A DNA stretch of 27,785 nucleotides, from contig JBIKWQ010000046.1 of NCBI GenBank assembly GCA_044356215.1, positions 1 through 27,785 on the forward strand, given 5' to 3'. Origin of the DNA: Bdellovibrionota bacterium (GTDB lineage: Bacteria; Bdellovibrionota_C; UBA2361; OMII01). Shown piece after piece: positions 17,278 through 25,454 of this stretch. Position 1 is the stretch's first letter. Every line of letters starts with the position of its first letter. Position numbers and translations under genes: made by a program. The notes under the pieces are model-generated. The model made no database searches. It had not been told where the DNA came from and saw nothing but the letters and a program-made list of their open reading frames with translations.

Positions 17278-18456
17278 GTGGGAAAGAGACACTATCGATT
17301 TTTTGTTCTTCAATTACTTTGGCAGGTCGCTTTCTTCTTCGGGGCGTCAGCAATTTGCCTTTCTCCTGTATTCGCGGACGATAGCTGTGTTAAATCCGCG
17401 CAGCTGGTCAAAAAAGCCCTTGAATTGGGGGAGGGCAGCGAAGGGGAGATCGAGCTGTACAAAGAGGCTCAGACTTTATGTCCCAAGATGGCGGAAGCCC
17501 GATTTAATCTCGGATTAGCCTATCAGAAGCGCGGTGACCTAGATTCCGCGGAGCGAGAGATTCGGGAGTCTGTCAGGCTCAAAGATGAGGAGGCTTTCCG
17601 GGTGGGTCTAGGAGGGATAATGCTTCAGAAGGGCGAAGTTTCCGCCGCTAAGGAGCAGTACGACAAGGTGTTAGAAAAGAATCCGCGTAGCGTTCCGGCG
17701 TTGCAGGGAATAGCCCTAATCCTTGAGAAACAAGGGAAGCTTCAGGAGGCTGTTGAGACGCTTGATAGAGCGGTGGAGGTAGAGCCGACAAATTCGATCT
17801 CGCATTTTAACTTAGGTGTGTTACGTGAGCGATTGAAGCAACCTGATTCAGCTTTGGCGGCCTACAAACGCGCGACTGAAGGAGATTCAAATAATTTTGA
17901 CGCACATTATCTATTGGGAACAACGCGAGCCCGTATGGGGCATTATCAGGAGGCGAGGCAGTCGCTACAGCGCGCGGCTGAATTAAAAGGTGGTGATGTT
18001 CGTGTCCATCTAGCGCTTGCCGAGGTTTACGAGAAGTTGGGAGAGCATTCTAATGCTGAGAACGCCCTGCGGCGGGTGATCTCTTTATCTCCCTCAAACG
18101 CTATCGCTCAGATCAATCTTGGGATAGTTTTGATCGAAGAGCGCCGGTATCAGGAGGCCGTAAAAGTTTTAGAGAAAGCGAGTCTTTTGGATGGCGCCAA
18201 TCCGAGGCTTTGGAGCGCGCTAGGCCGCGCTCAGCTTGAGCTTGGAAACACAGCCGAGGCAGAGAGGAATCTGCGTTTGGCTCTGGAGCGAGATGGCGCT
18301 AATCCATACGCGCATAACAATCTAGGCGTGCTCTATCAGCGTCTGGGTAAATCCGATGAAGCCAGGGAGGAATTCAGTTCAGCTTTGTCGCTACAGCCGG
18401 ACCTCGAGGTCGCCCGGAAGAATCTGGAGTCAGTAGGGGGCTCTGTAGTGGAGTAG
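17278..18456 (+). CDS. Exported tetratricopeptide-repeat protein
   Basis: About 10 TPR units (A.FNLG.AY, AQINLG, AHNNLGVLY) after a signal-like segment. Probable GTG start at 17278, just after the upstream stop. Confidence 0.88.
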   Translation: MGKRHYRFFVLQLLWQVAFFFGASAICLSPVFADDSCVKSAQLVKKALELGEGSEGEIELYKEAQTLCPKMAEARFNLGLAYQKRGDLDSAEREIRESVRLKDEEAFRVGLGGIMLQKGEVSAAKEQYDKVLEKNPRSVPALQGIALILEKQGKLQEAVETLDRAVEVEPTNSISHFNLGVLRERLKQPDSALAAYKRATEGDSNNFDAHYLLGTTRARMGHYQEARQSLQRAAELKGGDVRVHLALAEVYEKLGEHSNAENALRRVISLSPSNAIAQINLGIVLIEERRYQEAVKVLEKASLLDGANPRLWSALGRAQLELGNTAEAERNLRLALERDGANPYAHNNLGVLYQRLGKSDEAREEFSSALSLQPDLEVARKNLESVGGSVVE

Positions 18457-18460
18457 TTGT

Positions 18461-19090
18461 ATGAAACGTCTAAGATTACCAGCCGCGCCTTCACTGTTCG
18501 CTCTGTTTTTGGTTGTGGCTTGTCAGGCCGAAGCGGAAAATTATTCTCCTCGCGATTTTATTAAAGCGGCGCCCCCCGAGCTATTCTTTACTGATGACGA
18601 AATGACAAAAGAACAAAAGGATGCGCTTGTTAAGGGCGGTTTTAAAAGGGTGCCGACCTTTGATTGCTCTGCTTGGGGAGTCTCAGAGGAGAGTGCGGAT
18701 CGCTTGATGCTTCAGTATTGCTCAGATTCATCGGTCACGGTCCATGTTTATCACAACGCCGCTGATAAGGATTTCGTACTGGTAGCGGTTTATAGTGTGC
18801 GGTCCTCTGGGCGAGCGGGAGATCTATCTTTATTTAAGATGATGAATGGCAGTGGGGATTTTAAGCCCTTAACGGAAAGCGATCTTGGCGCGCTTGGTAT
18901 CACCGGGCTCACGGAAAATGACTTTCTTAAAGAAACCGAGAGATTCGCCATCGGGCAGGCGCAACCAGTTAAGTTATCGCTAGGGGAAAAGGGGGAGCTC
19001 AAAGGTGAGCTGTATACTTGGATGGATCCCCGCTGGGAGACCCGCCATCAGCGCTACGAGGTCGGGGTGGCAAGAGGTTCTCTAAGTTGA
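18461..19090 (+). CDS. Hypothetical exported protein
   Basis: ATG 4 bp after the TPR stop; basic then hydrophobic signal sequence; two further Cys in the mature region. Confidence 0.7.
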   Translation: MKRLRLPAAPSLFALFLVVACQAEAENYSPRDFIKAAPPELFFTDDEMTKEQKDALVKGGFKRVPTFDCSAWGVSEESADRLMLQYCSDSSVTVHVYHNAADKDFVLVAVYSVRSSGRAGDLSLFKMMNGSGDFKPLTESDLGALGITGLTENDFLKETERFAIGQAQPVKLSLGEKGELKGELYTWMDPRWETRHQRYEVGVARGSLS

Positions 19091-19211
19091 AGAGAGAGCT
19101 TAATTAGCTGTGTCGATCCCCAAGATACACCGTTCTATAGAAATATGGTGTTGAATTAAATCTGCTGTTTTGTCGTCAAACTGTAGATATTACCGCAACT
19201 TATCTGATTTT

Positions 19212-19234
19212 AAGGTTCTTATAGTAAGAACCTT
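19212..19234. promoter_or_regulatory. Perfect 10-bp inverted repeat in an AT-rich intergenic region (operator or weak terminator)
   Basis: AAGGTTCTTA-TAG-TAAGAACCTT. Confidence 0.4.
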
Positions 19235-19425
19235 GTTTGCTATAAATAAAATAGCGGGCTTCTGTGACGGTCCTTATAGTCAAGAGTCCGTGGCTAGAGG
19301 TTATAAGAGTTATTTTTATAACATCAAGATTTCGGGTTTTTTAGGTTTCAAAAGTGTGGTGAACTGAAAGTAGCTAACCTACTTCAGCTCGCTAGGTCGT
19401 AGATTTAAGTGGGTTATGAGGAGCC

Positions 19426-20571
19426 ATGTCCGCAGTTTTAAGACTTGTACAAGCAGAACAATTTAACGAGCAGCTTGATCTGCCGACAGCGGGGTCTGCC
19501 GAAGGCTCCCACAGTATTCAGCAAGCGTTCCAGTATTGCGCACCGTGGAAGCCTTATCTGGCCAAGTACGTTATCGAGAGGTTCTCAAAGCGTGGAGCTA
19601 CAGTTCTTGACCCGTTCTGCTCTACTGGGATCGTAGGGGTAGAGGCGGCGTTAAGTGGACGGGGGTTTATCGGGGCGGCTAGTGATCACGGCCTGGTTAA
19701 GCTTTCCAGGGCTAGGTTGTTTCCAGCCGATCTGGCGGAGGTGGCTCTCAGGCTTCAGTTCATCCCTTTTAAGAGGCCTGTTGATCTACGCGGATACGCG
19801 GGTCCTTTCCCAAATTTCTTCGAGGCGGACACCTTCAGAGAGCTGATGAATGTAAAGTCATCTCTGCGTTCATCAACAGATGGAGCATCAGAGTTCGTTA
19901 ATTTTATCGTTGCTAATGTTCTGCATGGTCACACTTCGGCGTACCTCTCGGCTTATACATCGCCGTCAGAGTCGCTGTCTCCAGAGGCTCAAGCGGCTTT
20001 AAATCGCAAACGTGGTGAGGTGCCGTCGTATCGCGCTGTGTCAGCCCGTATCCTCAAGAAGGCCGCGGCTCTCTTGCAAGATGGAGTGCCGACCGCTTTG
20101 TCGGGAGCGAGCAAATCAGAGCGCGAGGTTTTCTTCGCTGATCCAGCGGCGTTAGATCGAGTGGCAACCGGTTCAGTTGACTTGGCGTTAGTAGCGCCAC
20201 ACCAGCCAGGTTTGATAGAGCACGGGCTTCGTTCGTGGCTCAGAACTTGGTGGTTGGGGTTAGACCTGCCGAAGTCAAGCGATGAACCTAAAGATATTAC
20301 TCAGTGGAGTGATAACACTAACGCGGTGTTGCTGGAGATGGCTCGAGTGATCAAGTCTGGTGGCCGGGCGGTCATGAGGGTTGGTCAGGGTAGAATTGGC
20401 GCCAAGACGTTTAATTACAAGACTGAAGCGGAAGCTTTAGTTGGAGATTGCCTGCAGAAGTTCTGGCGTGTCGAAGGTTCAATTGCGGAGCGCTACGTTA
20501 GTAAGGCAAATGGTCGAGCCGACAGCTCAGCGCCACTTAGCGCCGAACTCCTGGTATTGCGCCGTAAGTAA
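19426..20571 (+). CDS. N4/N6 DNA methyltransferase homolog with degenerate catalytic motifs
   Basis: IERFSKRGATVLDPFCSTG (motif I region), GSVDLALVAPHQ at the SPPY position and EMARVIKSGGRAV; SD GAGGAG. Confidence 0.75.
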   Translation: MSAVLRLVQAEQFNEQLDLPTAGSAEGSHSIQQAFQYCAPWKPYLAKYVIERFSKRGATVLDPFCSTGIVGVEAALSGRGFIGAASDHGLVKLSRARLFPADLAEVALRLQFIPFKRPVDLRGYAGPFPNFFEADTFRELMNVKSSLRSSTDGASEFVNFIVANVLHGHTSAYLSAYTSPSESLSPEAQAALNRKRGEVPSYRAVSARILKKAAALLQDGVPTALSGASKSEREVFFADPAALDRVATGSVDLALVAPHQPGLIEHGLRSWLRTWWLGLDLPKSSDEPKDITQWSDNTNAVLLEMARVIKSGGRAVMRVGQGRIGAKTFNYKTEAEALVGDCLQKFWRVEGSIAERYVSKANGRADSSAPLSAELLVLRRK

Positions 20572-20585
20572 TCGGCGGTTGATTG

Positions 20586-22277
20586 ATGGCAGACGACGTT
20601 TTCGGAAACACCAAAGGCCTAGCCCCTTCAGAGCTAAGAGCGGTTCGCAAATTGTATCAGCGTTCACTAGATGCCACGGAGATGGTTTCTCTTGATCTCG
20701 CTCGTGAGATGCTAAAGATAGCGCACGAGCTGAGGCGCAGGGTTGGTATTTTAATTAATCGCCAGGGCCGAATAGAGGGAGTAATTCTCGGAACCAAGGA
20801 GATTATCTATCTGCCGGACCTAGGCCGCTATCGTTTGGGGCGTTCACGGCTCAGAAATCTTCGGTTTGTTTTTACCGACCTCTCTCGTGATAAGGATCAA
20901 GCCGCTATTCCGTATGACATCTTCGCAGATCTTGAGCGATTACGCTTTGACGTGGTGGTCAGCGTAAGGGAGGCGACTAATAGGGTCTCTATGTCCTTTG
21001 CCTATCTTGTGCCAGCCAAGGGGCTCGACACCGCGACAACGATGACCGAGGAGGTAAAGGACCTCGCTGTCTTTGAGGATGATTTCCTAGACCGGATGGA
21101 GGCCATCGAGCAGAGCCTTGCCTCAGAGATCGTGCAGCTTGATAGCGATGAAGTAGGGGCGGTGCTGGTCGGGGTTTATGAGAAGTCTGATGTTGAGCCA
21201 GCGGCGTCGATGCTAGAGTTGCGTGAACTGGCTCGTACCGCTGGAGTGCGCGTGGTTGATGAGATCGTACAGCGCCGCAAGATTGATCCTAAGACGTTTA
21301 TAGGAAGTGGAAAGTTGCAGGAGCTAGTGATTCGATGTCTGCGTCTTGGCGCCGAGGTGCTGATCTTCGACGCTGAGCTGAAGCCCTCGCAGTGGCGAGC
21401 TATTACGAACTCCACGGAGCTTAAAGTTATAGATCGCAGTATGCTGATCCTGGATATCTTCGCGCAGCGAGCTCAGAGCGCTGATGGACGGTTGCAGGTT
21501 GAGTTGGCTCAGCTAAAGTATAATTTGCCCCGTCTGGTGGAGAAGGACGCCGGGTTGTCTAGGTTATCGGGAGGGATTGGAGGTCGCGGCCCTGGAGAAA
21601 CTAAACTAGAGCTTGGTCGAAGAACAATTCGCGATCGGATCTCGGAGCTGGAGCGTAGGCTAGACAAAGTTAGGCAATCGCGAGATCTCCGCAGGGGGCG
21701 ACGTCGAGACAACCAGATGGCTCTCGTCTCAGTCGTTGGTTACACAAACGTTGGGAAATCAACGCTGTTTAATCTTTTGACGGGAAGCGCCGCACTGGCT
21801 GAGAATAAGCTCTTCGCGACACTTGATCCAAGTCAGAGAAGGCTCTTCCTACCTAATCATATCACCGATGGATCGTCGGACGTGGTGGGGCGCGTGGTTG
21901 TATTGAGCGACACAGTGGGCTTTATCAGAAAGCTTCCGGCTGAGCTAGAGAACGCCTTTAGGGCGACGTTAGAGGAACTTTATGACGCGGCGCTGCTTGT
22001 GCATGTTGTTGATGCTTCAGATCCGGATGCTCTGGGGAAATACCTGGCGGTTAGGGGGATATTTGAGCAGATGGGGTTAGCGCAGGCGCCGGAACTGGTG
22101 GCGGTGAACAAGATCGATGCTGTCGCAGACGATGTGGCTAATGAGCTGTGTCACCGTCTAAACGGAGTGCCTGTTTCGGCGGCCAAAAAGATTGGGATAG
22201 GGGACCTGCTCGCGGCTATTGACTCTAAGGTGCCGAGCTCAGGAAGGGTGTCATCAGTCGGAGAACTCGAGAGTTAG
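20586..22277 (+). CDS. hflX: Ribosome-splitting GTPase HflX, long form with N-terminal extension
   Basis: LILDIFAQRA, LQVELAQLKY, GGIGGRGPGETKLE, G1 GYTNVGKS, LFATLD, DTVGFI and NKID. Confidence 0.96.
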   Translation: MADDVFGNTKGLAPSELRAVRKLYQRSLDATEMVSLDLAREMLKIAHELRRRVGILINRQGRIEGVILGTKEIIYLPDLGRYRLGRSRLRNLRFVFTDLSRDKDQAAIPYDIFADLERLRFDVVVSVREATNRVSMSFAYLVPAKGLDTATTMTEEVKDLAVFEDDFLDRMEAIEQSLASEIVQLDSDEVGAVLVGVYEKSDVEPAASMLELRELARTAGVRVVDEIVQRRKIDPKTFIGSGKLQELVIRCLRLGAEVLIFDAELKPSQWRAITNSTELKVIDRSMLILDIFAQRAQSADGRLQVELAQLKYNLPRLVEKDAGLSRLSGGIGGRGPGETKLELGRRTIRDRISELERRLDKVRQSRDLRRGRRRDNQMALVSVVGYTNVGKSTLFNLLTGSAALAENKLFATLDPSQRRLFLPNHITDGSSDVVGRVVVLSDTVGFIRKLPAELENAFRATLEELYDAALLVHVVDASDPDALGKYLAVRGIFEQMGLAQAPELVAVNKIDAVADDVANELCHRLNGVPVSAAKKIGIGDLLAAIDSKVPSSGRVSSVGELES

Positions 22278-23042
22278 TCCGTCGTATCCAAGAGCTACTC
22301 CTGTAGGTAGTAGCGCCGATGTTTCATCGTAATCAATGGTGTGAGTTGTGTGAACTAGGTAAGTCTGTTCTGCTCGTAGTTCAGCGGCGATTTCGATCGC
22401 TTCGCTGATGGAATTGTGAGTGTTGTGTTTCTCCCATCTTAGACCATCAAGAAAGAGGTACTTAACACCACGTAGCACGCTCGCGGCTCTGGTAGTTAAA
22501 CCTTTGCAGTCAGTAGCGTACCCGAGCTCTCCGATCCGGAAGCCGGTAACAGTCATATCCCCATGCGGTAAGGGGAAAGGATGGACGTCAGAATCAAACA
22601 GAGAGAACGGGGACTCATTCGATATCTCACGCAAATCGAGTTTAGCTACCTGACCTCCAAGATAGGATGGGTCCGGAGTTACAATGTAAGGGAAAGCTCG
22701 TCTAAGTCCGGCAAGTGTCTCGGAGCTGGCATAGCAATCGATTCGCGCGCCTGACACGAAATTGTAGGAGCGAAGATCGTCGGTTCCGTAAATGTGATCA
22801 GCGTGCGCGTGAGTGTAAATCACGGCATCTATGCGGCGCACCTTGTGGCGTAAACATTGATGCCTCAGGTCCGGGCCGGCATCTATTAAGATCGATCTGC
22901 CGGAGGAGTGATTTATTATCCCCGATGTGCGGTCTCGAAAATTCCTTTCCTTCCCTGAAGTGCATACGGCACACTGACACCCAGGTAAAGGGACGCCAGT
23001 TGAGGTGCCGGACCCGAGTAAAGTAAAAGTATGCCGCATCAC
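22254..23042 (-). CDS. MBL-fold metallo-hydrolase, PhnP-like phosphodiesterase
   Basis: LGSGTSTGVP..GCQCAVC, IDAGPD, THAHADH and YATD. Confidence 0.92.
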   Translation of the reverse strand: MMRHTFTLLGSGTSTGVPLPGCQCAVCTSGKERNFRDRTSGIINHSSGRSILIDAGPDLRHQCLRHKVRRIDAVIYTHAHADHIYGTDDLRSYNFVSGARIDCYASSETLAGLRRAFPYIVTPDPSYLGGQVAKLDLREISNESPFSLFDSDVHPFPLPHGDMTVTGFRIGELGYATDCKGLTTRAASVLRGVKYLFLDGLRWEKHNTHNSISEAIEIAAELRAEQTYLVHTTHTIDYDETSALLPTGVALGYDGLTLEFSD

Positions 23043-23045
23043 GCG

Positions 23046-23531
23046 TTAGCTAGCTTTCTTCTTAGCGTTAATGAAGGAGATCCGGAGCGAATGTAGGACG
23101 TCCTCCATGAAGCGGGTTTCTTCGGCTGATAGATTGCCCTTGGTTCTACGTTGCAACATGGTCATGATATCAATCGTCTGTCGTGCAGCTTCTAAATCGA
23201 GTGGGATCTCCATCCCTTGCGGTGGCGGCATCTCTCCTAACTGCACAAGTACTTGAGTTGCTAGCGACATAATAAACGAGGTGAAAGCGACGGGCTCAGC
23301 CTCGGCATTGTCACTCGATTCCTGCATTGTGAATCCCCTTGATCCCTGATTATCGGCGCTTACTTGAGCTTCGACAGAACTAGCCGCTGTATCAGTTTTT
23401 TGAGTCGCGCTATTCGACTGTGAGTTAGTAGGTGCGGCATCCGCTGGACGTTCCTGTCCCGCTGAGTCAAAGCGGCGTTTATCCAATACTTGAATGGTTT
23501 TCCCTTTCTGATTAGCGTTTTCTTCGTTCAT
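23046..23531 (-). CDS. DUF1844 domain protein
   Basis: FTSFIMSLATQVLVQLGE...DLEAARQTIDIMTMLQRRTKGNLSAEE. Start at ATG 23531 with SD GGAGG. Confidence 0.85.
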   Translation of the reverse strand: MNEENANQKGKTIQVLDKRRFDSAGQERPADAAPTNSQSNSATQKTDTAASSVEAQVSADNQGSRGFTMQESSDNAEAEPVAFTSFIMSLATQVLVQLGEMPPPQGMEIPLDLEAARQTIDIMTMLQRRTKGNLSAEETRFMEDVLHSLRISFINAKKKAS

Positions 23532-23747
23532 ATAGCCCTCCATCCCTTACGATCCTAGCACGTAGAGACATGGCTCGCTATTACCAAGGGACTGGGTAAG
23601 AATTTCCCCCATTTTTTGACTCCCCCTATCAGAATTCTGACACCCCCCGACCTAAAGACAGACACCGCCTAAATCATTTGTATTGTAACCCCTCGAATTT
23701 ATTTGATGCATCCTTTTTTGCCCAGCTTGCATCGTGCGGGTCTTAAG

Positions 23748-23764
23748 TTGGCAAGATTTTCGCA
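23748..23764 (+). promoter_or_regulatory. Possible sigma54 promoter for the ECF sigma gene
   Basis: TTGGCAA-GATTT-TCGCA with GG-N10-GC spacing, ~110 nt upstream of the ATG. Confidence 0.5.
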
Positions 23765-23876
23765 TGCTAAATCACGTAGCGTGTATTCGCTGGGCTCTCC
23801 GGAACAGTTCTGTGACGGAAGCTCGAGGTTTTAGGGCGGTATTTCGCCGCCCGTCTGTAAGGCGAGGTTTTAGCTT

Positions 23877-24512
23877 ATGACAACAAAGAGGAAGAGTGAC
23901 CTAGATCTGATCATAGAATTCCGAGATGGAAATCAGTGTAGCTTCGAAGAGCTACTTTCTCGCTATAGCAGTAAGGTATTTAGTCTCGCCTCCCGTTTGA
24001 CCCGCAATCCAGAGGACGCCGAAGAGGTGCTCCAAGATGTATTCGTAACCGTCCATAGAAAGATCGATAGCTTTGAGGGGAAATCGTCATTCTCTAGCTG
24101 GCTTTACCGGGTTACAGTGAACGCCGCTTTCATGAAGCTAAGAAAACGTAGGCAGGATCAGAGCCTCTCCTTAGAGGACATAGTGCAACAGCAGCACTCG
24201 ATTCCAGCGCTCAAGAGTCCAGAGAGTAGCTATGTTGACGCTCAAAGTATCCGAAATGAGATGCTTGAGGCGCTTGAAACGGCGATTAAGAGGCTACCAG
24301 ATGATTACCGCCCTGTCTTTATCTTGCGGGATGTTGATGGTCTCACCAGTCGTGAGGTAGGCAAGATTCTAGATCTAACAGTTCCGGCGGTTAAGTCGCG
24401 GCTACACCGTTCGCGACTTATGTTGCGTCGGAGACTAAATCGCTTCTTTGATGAGCAACGCGCGCAGAACGTAGTGGACGAGGTTGATTTGGCGCTTACT
24501 TCGGGGGAATAG
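23877..24512 (+). CDS. ECF sigma-70 factor (RpoE/SigW-like)
   Basis: Region 2 DAEEVLQDVF...FEGKSSFSSWLYRVTVN; region 4 LPDDYRPVFILRDVDGLTSREVGKIL...VKSRLHRSR. Confidence 0.95.
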   Translation: MTTKRKSDLDLIIEFRDGNQCSFEELLSRYSSKVFSLASRLTRNPEDAEEVLQDVFVTVHRKIDSFEGKSSFSSWLYRVTVNAAFMKLRKRRQDQSLSLEDIVQQQHSIPALKSPESSYVDAQSIRNEMLEALETAIKRLPDDYRPVFILRDVDGLTSREVGKILDLTVPAVKSRLHRSRLMLRRRLNRFFDEQRAQNVVDEVDLALTSGE

Positions 24513-24564
24513 TGCTGGTAGGGTGCTTTCTAATTTAGCCTAAGCCGGTGTAGGCTATAGACCC

Positions 24565-25446
24565 ATGAGACCAGTAATTATCATCGCTGCCTGTATCGTA
24601 TCCGTTTGCCTGGCGACTGGGTGTGGTACGCCTGATCCGATCTTGCCGAATCCGCCGTCGATAGATCTGAGCGAGGCTACGGCGCGCGGGGGCCAGCTGG
24701 TTAATGGATTGGCCGCGTGCGGATTCTGCCACTCTATTGACGGGCGACCAGATAGCTCGCTGGCTGGTGGTCGTATCACGCGCGACATCTACGGCGAGGT
24801 CGCCGGGCCTAACCTGACTCAATCCGAGAGTGGGATAGGAAATTGGGCTGATGTAGATATAAGAAAGGCTCTTCGTACTAATGTTCGCCCTGATGGTTCG
24901 GAGATTAGCTCTCGTCCTCATCGCGGATTAGGGTGGCTGGCTGATACAGATATCACCGCGATCACGGCATATCTTCGGAGCTTGCCGGCGATAGAAAACA
25001 GAGTCAGCGAGAGGCGACTCTCAGTCATCGATCGAAATACCTCAGGTTTTTTTGAGTCTAAACTCGAGGTCCGTGGATACATTCCTGCGATTAGCCCTCA
25101 ATTTAAGACGGAATACGGCGAGTATCTGGTTGATAACGTTGCGCGCTGCGCGAGCTGTCACAATAAGCCGGATGGTTGGTTCTCATCTGAGGGGTACCTG
25201 GCGGGTGGGGCGGAAGTTTCATTTGATGGCGAATCTAAGGTCGCGCCAAATATCACGATGTCGACATCAAAAGGGATCGGTTCCTGGAGTGATGAAGCAC
25301 TCTTAAATTACCTAGAATCCGGGCAAACGCCAGCAGGGCGTGAAGTTGATAGCCGTTTCTGTCCGGTAGGATTTTATGCCAAGGCCCCGATTGATCATTT
25401 GCGGTCGGTGGTTGCCTATCTAAGAACTGTTCCGGCGGTTGATTAA
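24565..25446 (+). CDS. Diheme c-type cytochrome lipoprotein (dehydrogenase cytochrome-subunit-like fold)
   Basis: Lipobox LATG-C; CGFCH and CASCH; duplicated LAGG...PN(L/I)T...GIG.W unit. Confidence 0.88.
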   Translation: MRPVIIIAACIVSVCLATGCGTPDPILPNPPSIDLSEATARGGQLVNGLAACGFCHSIDGRPDSSLAGGRITRDIYGEVAGPNLTQSESGIGNWADVDIRKALRTNVRPDGSEISSRPHRGLGWLADTDITAITAYLRSLPAIENRVSERRLSVIDRNTSGFFESKLEVRGYIPAISPQFKTEYGEYLVDNVARCASCHNKPDGWFSSEGYLAGGAEVSFDGESKVAPNITMSTSKGIGSWSDEALLNYLESGQTPAGREVDSRFCPVGFYAKAPIDHLRSVVAYLRTVPAVD

Positions 25447-25454
25447 GTTTCGAT

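Noticed and set aside
19170..19367. 65-aa ORF in the AT-rich intergenic region
   Set aside because: TTG start, no SD and atypical composition.
19426..20571. Restriction-modification or defence system
   Set aside because: No endonuclease, specificity subunit or other defence gene nearby, and the MTase motifs are degenerate.
23801..23827. Autoregulatory ECF promoter (GGAACAG...TCGA) and an 11-mer TTCTGTGACGG shared with 19260-19270
   Set aside because: Weak match. A single 11-bp coincidence in 28 kb is not sufficient evidence.
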